This document shows positions 50,400-62,200 of a stretch of 64,000 nucleotides of DNA, piece after piece (within the stretch, counting starts at the first letter, position 1; the number at the start of each line of letters is the position of its first letter). Under the pieces are notes generated by a model, which saw nothing but the letters and a program-made list of their open reading frames with translations, searched no databases and was not told the origin of the DNA. Location: NCBI GenBank assembly GCA_039545335.1, contig BCIN01000004.1:1540925-1604924 (forward strand), in the 5' to 3' direction. This DNA is from Kondoa subrosea. Its lineage: Eukaryota. The position numbers were made by a program, and so were the translations under genes.

Positions 50400-52918
50400 T
50401 CAGGATCGACGAGGAACGATGCTGCCAACGCAAATGCCTCTTTGACGATGTCTCATCAATGCATCTCCTCTGGCGAAGCCCTTGCCGCTGTACCATGGGA
50501 ATCAGATATGATGAAGTTTTAGCCAGAGTGAGTACTTACCAAGGGCAAGGGAAAGGTTTCGTTCCACTATGAATTCTCTCATGTCTTCTCAAATCATGTT
50601 GCCTGACGAAAGCCGCGTTACTATACCAAAAGAATCAGATACCATTCTATCTCAAATCAACCAAGGAGAACTCACCAATCATCATGTGGACAAACAAAAG
50701 GTTTATCCTCCAAGTGAGTTTGAATATGACTTTCAATCGCGCTTTTCCTTGGGAAGATTCTTCCACATCCTTCAATAAGACAAACGTATTTCTTTCCAGC
50801 AGTTTGACCCTGAGTAAGAGGTAAAGGTTGATAAAGAGATCGAATGACTGATTTAGGTAATCCACCAGCTGTTGTTGCTGCGCCATTATCTTCTTCACAA
50901 TCGGATCCACATTGAGAATGATCGTGATCTTGATTGACTTGACTTAAAGCTTGAGCAATCAATTGAGAAGGTGGTGGACCAGTAGAGACACTTCTCTGTT
51001 GCTGAAGATTATCCATAGAAGGTTTCGCTTTCGGTTTTGGACCTGGTTTGAGTCTTCTTCCAACAACAGGAGCAGAAACAGTTCTAGCTTTCTTGGTTTG
51101 CGGTTGAGGTGATGGCGCATCTTGTGGAATGTATTCATCTTCTCCGTCATCATCATCTTCAGTTTGTTCAGCATCGAAATCATCTCGAGATCTTTTCCTA
51201 TTCAGAGCTGCTTGTCTTCTTGGCGGTTGAGGTAAAGCGGCATAAGGATCAACTGATAAGAAATCTGGCATTCTCTGCTGCTGTTGTTGCTGAATCATGT
51301 TCTGTTCCCAAGGAAGATGAGAAGAATGATTCGGGAGATCAGGTAATTGATTCATTGAAGGATTTATCAAAGTAGGATCTAAGACAGAGGAGAAGTCTTG
51401 ATTGTTATTATTGTTTGAATTCATGACTGGTGAAAAGAGTGCATCCATGTTGAATTGTTCATGCATTGACTGATTGCTAAATGCTGGACTGAGAGAAGGT
51501 GAAGCGAAACTGTTCAAGTCGAACTGCTGCTGTTGCTGAGGTTGATTTGGGAAATGTTGTTGACTGCCTGAAGAACTTGCTGCTGGACTCATTGAGGGAG
51601 ATGCAGTCCAAGCCGAAGCAGGGCTTGAGAAACAAGATTCACCAACCAAAGCAGGAGTAGGTAAAGATTGCAAGAAAGCGTAATCTTCCATACTAGCTGA
51701 TAGTGAGCCACCAGAAGTAGCTGATAAAGGTGGAGAGAACAGATCGTCTATTGGTAAAGGCAAGTTCGGATCGTAAGTCTTGTTCGTATCGACCATGCTA
51801 CTGAAGTCCAAAGGACCACCTTCGACCAAACCCAAATTGTAGAGATCCGCAAAACTGAAAGGTTCCGATACTGGTTTTGGAGTCTGACCATGTTGAGCTG
51901 GAGTATTGAAAGGTGCAATTGGATCGTGATTGAGGAAGTTCATATTACTTGGATCAAACATGTTGTTGCTTTGAGTGGTAGGTGTCATCGGATAATGATG
52001 AGGAGCCACACTTCTAGACTTCAAATTAGGTGAAGAGACCGCTTTGCGAGGAGTTTTGGTAGCTTTGGGTGAAGTGACAGAAGCTGTTCGAACAGTCAAT
52101 AACTTTTTGTTCTTGGTCTTGGGTGACTTTGGCTGAGAACGTGGAGAACCAGGATCTCGAGCATTCGCTTCGCGAGTCTTTGGTAAATCTAAAGGTCCAA
52201 CATCGCGGACATTTTTCTTGCCTCGACCGAGAGTGAGAGTAGGTAAATGTTCTGGGTAAGGAATGAAGCTGAGAGGTGTTGCAGCTTGAGAAGCAGGTGA
52301 TTTGTTGTGATCGATTGGAACACCATAGATACGCATGTTTGAACTAGCATAATCAGCTAAATCCAGACCAGCCATGCCTAAACCTTGCTGTTGCTGTTGC
52401 TTTGGCATCGACCGAGGAGGAAGAGCGGCAGGTGGTTGCTGAGCAGGAGCAGGAGCAAAGTAGTTCATTTGAGATTGATAAGCTGCAGAAGAGATGGGAT
52501 TGGCATTCTCGTTGTTGTCATACTGGAAATCGTTGACAGCTTGTTGCATATTGACATTGATGTCGAATTGGTTAGCGTAATGATCTGTGCTGAAATCCAC
52601 AATCGTTGGATTGTTCTCCATCCCGCTAGCTGTGCGATTGTGTCCCTTGATGACTGGACTTGTAAGGAATCCGCCATTTGTACCAACACCGAATAATCGA
52701 TTCTTCAAGCGATTGTCAGAGCGAGAATTGTGAGCTGTTCGAATTGCTGCTGGAGTGGCTTGAATGTGACTAGTAAAGGGAGATTCGTGGATAGGATAGG
52801 TCTGCTGAGGGACAGAGGGTAAGTTCTGGTATTGGCTAAAGAGGTCAATATCGCTATTGCTGTTCGTGAAAGTTATTGTGTCGTCTCCTAGATCGTCATA
52901 GAGATAGTTATTGTCCAT
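50400..52918 (-). CDS. C2H2 zinc-finger transcription factor, Ace2/Swi5-like
   Basis: C-terminal fingers CLIEGCGRIFPRKSAIESHIQTHLEDKPFVC..C.AAFVRQHDLRRHERIH...FPCPCGKGFARGDALMRHRQRGIC resemble Ace2/Swi5. Long disordered N-terminus. Confidence 0.85.
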
Positions 52919-53591
52919 ATTGATGAGTGACAGGAGTGTGTTGCTATGGAGTTTAGCTTTGTGAGTGATGAACTGTTCACCGGGTCAGTCACCATTATTA
53001 AGTCCAGCAACACATCTGAGCTTACGGAGAGTGGTAGTTACAGAACAAGTGCAAGCCAACAAGCTACTCAACAGATGAGCGGTAGATGTTTTGCGCAGTC
53101 GAGAATCCAATGACCGCTTATTGCCTTGTACAACTTCGCCGAAAAGAGAGTGTAGAGCCTTATTGTGCCAGACTTGAAGCTTGTGAGTGTGTAGAGGTGC
53201 TTGACTATCCTACACTTGCTTCCACTCTAAAGTTTTGAATAAAGGAAAACAATCCAGTCGCCAGTCAACGGTAAATAATGACACAAAAAGCTTCCAAAGG
53301 GTATTCGCAGCAGAGTAGCAGCTGTGCACCAAGCGAGGTCCCAGTGACTCTTTGACTACTTGAGATGAACGACAAGAAGTGGTCGCGGCAAGAAGAAAAG
53401 AAGGAAAGTCTCGAAACTGTAATAAATATGAGATGTTGAATTGCCGGACTCGGAGATTCAGGATGGCAGAGTGTTAGTAGCGAGGAGTAGCTGTTTGAAG
53501 CTGACTAGGTGCAGAGATCTGACAGACGCAAAACAGTCGCAAAGCAGGTTTCGATGAAGAAAATAGTTATATATACAGGTTGACTGAATCG

Positions 53592-54726
53592 ATGACACCA
53601 AAGCTCTTAGTCATAGGCGGCAACGGCTTCGTTGGTGAGGTGCCCTGCGCTCTGTCACTTCGCAAATCCTGAGAAGAGAGCCAGGATCTGCTGTTTGTCG
53701 AATCGCTGTCGGACGAGGTTGGGAAGTTACATCAATAAGTCGTTCTGGCAAGCCATACGAGTCTGCAAAGGGTCATGTTCCAGCATGGAGTCATCAAGTC
53801 AGTCAATCACCTTGTTCCAAACAGTTCTGTCCACTGAGCATTGGACACAGGTCGATTGGCGAGCAGGCTCTGCATTTGATCCTTCTACGTATCAGAAACA
53901 GCTTAGGTCTTCTACAGCAGTCGTACATACTCTAGGCATACTCTTAGAGAGCGACTACAAGTCGAATGGTCTCTCAGGGCTACTCAAAAGTTTAGCTGGG
54001 TTCTCAAAGGCCAATCCTCTGGCGCCGGAGAACGAGGGATCAGCAGGAAAGTATGAGTTGATGAACAGGGACTCTGGTAAGTGCTTCGTTTGCCCATATC
54101 TCATCTTCTGAAGTTAAAAAACCATCAGCGCTGAGCGTCTTTCAAGCCTATCAAGCTTCTTCCAGCTCTTCACCAGGTCTCTTCTTCTATCTCTCAGCGG
54201 AAGATATCTTTCGTCCGATAGTACCAGCTCGATACATCTCTACCAAACGAGAAGCCGAAGCTGAACTCCGGAAGATGGCTTTACTCGCGTCCGAAGGTAG
54301 ACGAAGTATAACACCTTTCTTCGTACGTCCTAGTAAGGCTCTCTCCCTCTTCCTCTTCTACTAGGTATTGATGCTCTTCAAGGTCTGATTTATCATCCGC
54401 ATATTCGACCAATCTCAACACTTCCAGCAACTTTGATCGATATCTCTTCTTCCATTCAAGCTCATCTCCCGTCTTTCCTTCGAGCTAAAACACAAGCAAG
54501 ACTCCTCACTCCTTCTTCCTACGGCAGTTCAGCATCATTACCGCCAGCTTTCTCTTCGCTGGCGAATCTAGTTTCTATTCCTCCAATACATGTTGATACG
54601 GTAGCAGAAGCCATTGTTCGAGCTATCGATCAACCGGAAGTATTGACAGATGATGTGATCGGTGTCAAGGAAATGAGGGCTCTGACTGGATTCTCAAAAA
54701 GGGAAGTAGAAGAGGTGGTATGGTGA
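53592..54726 (+). CDS. Atypical SDR / NAD(P)-binding protein, Coq11-like
   Basis: MTPKLLVIGGNGFVGSAVCR, VHTLGILLE.DYK, YELMNRDSAL, YLSAED...RYISTKREAE, RPSLIY and PPIHVDTVA. Confidence 0.8.
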
Positions 54727-55134
54727 TCCAAATCGGACATAAATACCGCAAAGGGCGGTTCTCCGAGTAAGTCGGTCTTGACTTTGTTTGTGCATGTGCT
54801 GATCCAGGCAAATAGCTAATGTACTTCAGTGACCTGAAGGCCGCAAGTTTCACCAAAGCAATCATCGCGATGACTCTGTCAAGCTGGTCGATCACTTTGC
54901 GTTGCTGCTACTTCTGATGATGTAAGCCGCAAGATATCTAGGCGCTTTCGGGATATGAAGGGACCAAGATGGATGCGTGACTTCGGATTCTGCTTCGCAT
55001 AATGCGCTCTCAACTTGTAGATAACAAGCCAGTCGAATTTGCACAATTAAGATTGTAACAGCATAGAAGATCTCCGCGAGTTGCTCTTACCCTTAGTTTC
55101 GTGTAAGGTGAAGGTTCCTTTCAAGCCGTCATCA

Positions 55135-56768
55135 ATGCTTAGAAATACTCGACTTCAGTTTCACAACGCTCCAGAGCCAGAACCGGAGCCTGAGGAAGCT
55201 TCAGCTGATGCTGGTCAGTCCTTCAATTGTTTTGATGGTCTCTATGTGCTCAATTTCACCTCAAGAAGGGGAAGACGAGAAATATGAGGTAGTAAACATC
55301 TATGTCGCTCGTGAACAGCTCTCAGAGAAGCAAGCACAGGTCGAGCAGATTGTGGATATGCGTCAGACTCTAGTAGGAGATGTAGAACATACGCTGTGAA
55401 ATCCAAGCCAGAGATTGACATGAATCAAGCAGGGCTCGAGAAAGTTGGAATGCCTCGTGAAGTGGAAAGGCTACCCTCATTCCGCTGATACATGGTAAGT
55501 TCTTGCGTCCATCAGTCAATGCAACTAATCCGTTCGACAGGGAGCCCGGTGAGTAACATTGGTCAAGCGCAGTAATAATCGCTCAAGCATATGAGCAGCT
55601 GCAAATCTGGAAGTATGTCTGATCATATTTGATAGTACCTATACTGACTGTTTTGCAGGAAGATGTTCCTGATATGGTCGCAGCTTTTCTGACTGTTTGG
55701 ACGTGCGAACCTATCAATCAAACAATCCGCCCGCCTAAAAGGCAGAGAATAGAAGAACCAGTCGCTTCGACTTCCCGGCAGTCTCCTGAAGTGTTTCGCT
55801 TTCCTACTCCCGCACCTGCTGCAGTGACCGAAATTGTACCTCGTCCAAGTCGTTCCAGAAGTCTTTCTCCTTCTTTACCTTGCGATTTGGTTCTCTTCAA
55901 ACCAGCTGGTCAGATCGTAGTGATTGAAGGTAAGCTCTTGAGCCCTCTAATTATATGTACACTGAATATTTCAGCAGAAAGTGCCAAAAAGGACAAGCAG
56001 AAACAGACTGTCCATCGACTTGATGCAAGCTCTGCTCAGCCTAGTCCTAATCTTGCGGTGCCGCGACCTGTGGTAATTAACCCAGTAAGCCAGACCAGTG
56101 CTGTCTTGGAATCAAGCTGAAGATGATTTAAGGGCAAGAAGCTACGAATCATGTTCAAGAATTCTTGGTGTCTGGAAATGACTGTTACAGACTCTACTTC
56201 TCTAGGAAACGTCTATTCTTTCATCTCTTCCGTCTTGTCGCCTCTCCATTCTGAAAAAGGCTTCAAGTTGATTGACACTGTGACCCGAAAACCTTTGGAT
56301 CAACCGAACATGAAGCTCAAAACATTGAAAGAACTAGGATTGAGGCCTCCTGCAAAATTGAAATTAGAGTTTGATGATTCCGATTTGAACGGTATGCTCG
56401 CTCGCTCTTACCTGTTTTTTGTCACTGAAACGATATGCAATAGAAATGACTCCTCCACCAATCCTTGATGATCTTCTTTCTTCAGCTCAAGAACTTCCAG
56501 CTGTACATACAGTAGCAGTCATTTCGTCGGCAGAACAGGAAAAAGCAGAAAAGGCAGAAATCGCTTCCCTAGCTCAGAAACCCAAGAAGAAGGAAACGCA
56601 CAAGACTGGTGTGAGATCTAATGTGAAGTCATTGCCCAAAGCTAGTACTTCCAAGAGTGAGTTCTTGTCCTACTCGTTCTCGATTGTGCTCATATTGCAG
56701 CAGAACGAAAAGGCCAAGGAACCGCTTACAATTCGGAAGAGGATAGTGATTTCGAGCTAGAGAAGTAG
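55135..56768 (+). CDS. Chromodomain + UBX-like domain protein (multi-exon)
   Basis: Spliced chromodomain KYEVEQIVDMRQTLGSRKLECLVKWKGYPHSADTWEPAANLEEDVPDMVAAFL, P/S-rich linker, then KLRIMFKNSWCLEMTVTDSTSLGNVYSFISSVL...FKLID...KTLKELGLRPPAKLKLEF (UBX/ubiquitin-like fold pattern). Confidence 0.78.
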
Positions 56769-56895
56769 ACGAAGATACTAAGAAAGATAGAGGGTTGTAC
56801 GTATTTTGATTGTAACAACTATGCTACTGCTTTACATGTCTGGGTATACCTCACATCATGCCTTGTCGGAGATTCAGTCCAGCTGAAATACCCTT

Positions 56896-58952
56896 CTATT
56901 CTAATTCGCAAAGATTGAGATGATGAATGAATTGCTTGAGCCATGCTTCCATGACTGGCGTTCCGTGAAAATGCGCAGCTATGGCGAAGGGCGTAAGTCT
57001 CTGTCAATCGAATGGTGTAAGTGCTTACAATCGAATGTGTACTTACTGTGAATCCAGAAAGTCCATATCAGTTCATTCTGATGCAGAGTCAATCAACTCA
57101 CTAGAACGGCAACGAAGTTTGGTAGCCTTTGATGACACGTGCATGCAGGTCTGATCTATCAAGCATCTTGAGAGTCTGTTCACCCCAAAATTGCATGCGA
57201 GGATTCGTTCGCCAACTGTTGTATATCAGCTTGCCTCGAATTGCCAAAGCACATAGCTCACTCTCGTTTAGAATAGCCGTTCGGTAGTCCTCGTGGAGGT
57301 CGAGATGGCGACGTCTGTATATACGATCAGAGTGCTGAAGAGGCTGCTAAGAAATGACATACCAGATAAAAGACTTTCGTTCCGCGCCTCTTCTGCCATG
57401 ATACCAGATTAATTATCGCTGTCTTCATTGCGCTAAAGAAGGCGTCTGTAAGGAAATGTTCGGCGGCTTGATGCGCGCCCGCGGTAGTCAAGACATAATC
57501 TGCTTCCTGTTGACCGAACTTCAAGAGAAAAGGATCCCATAAGAAAATAAGTTTCAATCGAGAGATGATTTGCACTTTCTTCTTCGCCTTGAGCTAGAGA
57601 AATACTTGAATAATGAAATGACATTCTTTGATCAAGAGACTTACGAAGACTGGTTGTTCGCCTAAGCCAGCTAATCTTGGTACCAAAGCATCCCAAGTCA
57701 TTCGAAGATGACTGTCTCCTTGTACTGAAGGAGCAATCAGCTTCAATCAGCTTTTATGCTCGCAATACCTACAAACTATAGACTTCTTTTTGGACAAGCA
57801 CATTCCTCTTTTGTGGTTGTCTTCCTCGTTCATTTCCTCGATATTGCTCAGCAGTAGATCAACATCTTCTCTCAGCCTACATCCAAGTGGTTGCCAGCTA
57901 TAATAAGTCCAAAGTGCTTCTTCGATCTGATGCAAAGGTGTAGGATCCGGCAACCAAACGCCATCATTTACTTCAGCCGAACAAATGGGTAATTCGTGTG
58001 GAGGAAGAGGAAGAAGTCTTTTTGGTTCGTGATCTATGCGTGTGCGAGTGGAACTGGTACTTGATGGAAAGGAATGTTGTGGACAATGCGATGGACAAGG
58101 AATTGAAGCCGGGAGATCCAGTAATAGTGAAGATATCCCATCGAAGCCTCCTTCGAGCAGTTTTCGATCTAAATTTCTAGGCCAGCGAGGCTGAGAATAG
58201 CATGAGTGTCAATAATCTAGGGCAAATGGGCAGGCATACTATTTGACCATTGACCAGTTCTCCCGAGTAAGGTTTACCCAGGCTGAAGGAGTAGTGCTTG
58301 CCCTTCTCTTGATATGTTTCCGCCGATCCGTCGAATTGCTGGTAGATATGCCAAAGCTGAATGTTCCAGGCTAGAGCTTGGATATCAAAGGCCGTTCTCT
58401 CAGCCTGGGAAAGTACTTACATCCACTATTTGATAACGGAACCTCGTAACGATACTGGCACTCATGATACTCCGTTGGTGTGACAGTAGCCCAAAGTTCT
58501 GTTCCGGTGATAGCGATATGAAAAGTATCTGGTCCCAATCTCTTTCGGATGTGTTCCTCCTCATATGATGATGAGGATACCCGCATTTCTGGATACTCTT
58601 CGCATGTAAGCCTCTTGATGACTATATCGAAAGTATTACATGTTGTGCTGCGTCGTGTGGGCGAACAGATTTGAGCTGAGAAGAGGCTAGAATAGTGTCT
58701 TGAGAGAGGCAGATCAATGCAATCCAACGTAAGTAGAGATACATTGCGAGAGAGAAATGGGTTCAACGCAGGTGTATAAGGAGAGGGACAGCGTTCCGCC
58801 GAGTCTAGAGTGGAGTTGAATTGAAGTTGAGTTTGTACTCGACTGACTAGAGCGTGAAAGCGTTGATCATCTTGACGAAAGAGAACGTAGACAGAGAAGC
58901 CTAGAGTACTGCCTAGGAACAGGAGAATCGGCAATGGCGATACCCAGCGCAT
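56896..58952 (-). CDS. Type II membrane SGNH/PC-esterase-like protein
   Basis: N-terminal signal anchor (MRWVSPLPILLFLG...), Cys-containing stem, VQGDSHLR (GDS motif) and spliced FDSAHF (DxxH) near the C-terminus. Confidence 0.65.
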
Positions 58953-59242
58953 GGCTGCAGCTTGCAGAGGAGGGCATAGGAGCACAAACCAGAATAGCTC
59001 TACTAGTAAGAAAAAGCTTGGCAACAGTCATAGCTTTTGAAGCTTTGATGCCCAAAGAATCGAAACTTCCGTGCATATGTGACAAATCAGGAAAACGAGC
59101 AGGAAACTAGACAGACAGAGGGACAAGCGTAATGCGAGAGCGTCTCAATTCACGAGAGAGATGAGAGTGTTGTCGCGTTATGCAAACACAGATGCTTGTT
59201 GGCGGAAAAGGTGCGAATTTCGAATGTTGACGTGAATCAGTC

Positions 59243-62200
59243 ATGTTCTCCAATCCAAGGCAGGGCACGCCTGTAGCTGCATCAAGGCGTAGACTAGCCA
59301 ACAACACGCTTTCACCGCCAGGATTGCGCTCGAGAACACCAAACAGAGACTTTCGAGCTGGCTCGGTTGCTCCATCTATTGCTTCCACCGCAGCCACTGC
59401 TGGGCCTTCCTCTGCTGCACAAGCGCAAGAAGAGACAAGTCGGATCTATGTTAAAGATGAAAATTACCAAGTCTCACTGTTTGCGGCATTACCAGTCGAA
59501 ATCCAGCAAATCTTAAACAACGCAGATCTCTACAGTCAAGCCTACAAATGTCAGCTTGATACACATACAGGCTATGCTCAAATCATTACAAGAGATTACA
59601 TCTATGTCTGGTCTTTCGCACGAAGATTAGCTGCTCCAACTTGTTTTCGCTTTCCTTGCCCTCCTGCACCAGCTAGCGGCGATTTGGCGACCTCAGTACA
59701 TGCACCCGTGCCGTTGTCTAGCTTTGTTGACTATGGAACGACAACAAGAGAGCCAGGATTATTGGTTGTAGGCACATCTGGTCAAATCAGATTCTGGGAA
59801 TCTATCTCAGCAGCCCTTACTGGTGTTGACAAGTATCATTTGGTCAATTTGCCGTTAGAACGGGGTGAATTATGTCGACATCTTCTTCCTTTATCCGTAT
59901 GTGAGCCCTTTCAAAGGTGATCGCTCTTCTTATGACTGGTTAGCGAGGCATCTTCGTGCTCTCAACCTCTCAATCTCGGCTCTTCCGCTTCTCAGTATCT
60001 TTCACTGGCGGTCGCGGGCCATCTCTGACCGTCACACCCTTTTCAAGACCCAAATCCATGCTTGCGCGACTCGGTTCTTCCCTTCTTTTCGGCGTAGGTT
60101 CTATACCTCTGGATCCTCGAACAGGCATCATTTTATTACTCGCTTCTCACGAAGAAGAAGGTGGGGGCAAGATCGTTTGGGTCATCAAGCACAATGGGGT
60201 AGAAAGCTGGAAAGCGGATTATGAAGGAGCGGATTACCTATTGGGTGAATGGAACGATCTATCAACAAGTTTGGTACCTTTCGTGTTGGAACAAGAATTA
60301 GCGAAAGGATTGTTGACCGAAACGGTCGATGTCCAAATCGTTTCTGCTGCAGTACTTCGTGGATCGACAAATTCTCTGGCTATATTGGTCTCTCATGTTG
60401 CTACTGGGTCGGAAAGCAAGAGTCGAGCGTTTGCAATTGTCACAATGGATTTCATTTCGACTATCCCAGCTGTTCGGATGATATCGCCAGTCAAATTCAC
60501 AGCTGTTGGTTTTCGATGCTTCCACTTGTCATTCATCTAAAGCCTCTGTAATATCTACAGGATCCAGATCCTCGACCCTTATCTCAGCCGGAACTTCATC
60601 TCACATCTTCATCTGCTGCATACATCACTTTCATCAACGCTATTGTCCTACTGGGCGATAATGATCTCGAAGAACCTATTCTACTGAAACCGAGCGGTCG
60701 CAATCGGTTCCTAGGCGCTTCAATAACCCAACAAGGCGAATTGATAGCTTGTACCGCTAAGTCAGGGTTACTGAAAGCTGAACGACTGCAAAGGTGAGAT
60801 GATCAGCTCCTTTCCAAGCTTTTGCTTACAGAGGCTCTATCTATCACAGATCTGACATTGACCAGACTTTGACCGCTTGGGAGCACAAGACGGAGAGACT
60901 CAAGTCAAGGTTAGAAAGAGCTGTATACTTTGGAGATAGAGAAGATGTAGGCACTTTCTCGTTCACAGGAATACAAGCTGATCTATGTAGAACCCTCTTG
61001 CTTTCGATTTGGGCCTAAATGCTGAAGGAGATATTGCCTCTGCCGCTAAACGAGTCTCGGAAGAGATTGTCGCTTCTAGTAAGATCTGTATCGCTTCAAT
61101 AGACGACAGCTGATTCAAAAATAGCTTCCTCGCATTTGCCTTCGATACTCGATATGCGTTCGCATATATCGGAAAGAGCCACTCGTGTCAAAGCCTTAAT
61201 AGTGCTCTTGAACGAACACAATCTACTGCAAAAGGCAAGTCAACTACAATCAGATTCGATGTTATGTACTTAATTGCACATTAGCTACCACAAACAACTC
61301 GTAGAGAGTTATCACTCGATGCGGATCGAATAGCTGCGGCTTCAGCATTGTGGCATCACTATAACTCAAGGCTGCAGTATGTCTAGTCCTCAAACATGCA
61401 TATGAGGCTGACAGATGTCTACATTAGGGAAGACGCCAACAAGCAAGAAGGCAGCCTGATCAGTCGAGCCATTTTGACTTTCATGACCGAGCGAGGCGAA
61501 GGCTTTGCAGATGATCCTATTCGTCTCTTCTTCCGAACCAAGGTATGCTTAGGTTTTAATTTATACAGTACGATTGAACGATTGGGGTTTGCCTAGCTTC
61601 CGCAACTTGGCGCTCTTCTAGAAGAGGTTGATCGAACTCTTCGAAAATCGTTGAAAGGGATACCGATCAGTCAAGAACGGAGCTCGTTACTGCACGAAGC
61701 GTGTCAAATCAATCTGGTCAGTTGATTCGGACCTTGGAGTCTGCCGGTCTCATCCTATTCCTCGAAGCTTGCCTTCAACGCTATCATGCGACAGCGCTCA
61801 GATACGGCTCAGCTTTACGGCTTGGATCTATCTACAATTCCCGCACAACCCTGGACGAGTCGCCCGGCACTGATTGAAGCTCTACAATTCTTGTTTGAGG
61901 CAACCGAAGAAACAATCAAAGAATCGACACGCGAGTCAGGCGCTACTTCAGATGCGCTCAATACCAATCGAAGCATCCAAAACGACCTCAAGGCTTCTTT
62001 ATGCGATCTAGCCGATTTCCTCTTGGCTTTATACGAAGAGAGACTTCAGTACTTGCGTGGTCAGGATCCTTCAGGACCAGAAATTAGAGTGATGCAGGAA
62101 CGATATGCGAGTACTAGACCGCGAGTCATCCAAGCTCTAGGTCAGCTAAAAGACAATCGGGAAATCTTTTGCTAACAATAAGGTACAGTCCCAATCGGAA

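Noticed and set aside
55280..55690. Chromodomain as a remnant of a chromoviral Ty3/gypsy integrase
   Set aside because: It is N-terminal, interrupted by several spliceosomal introns, and no RT, integrase or LTR sequence is nearby.
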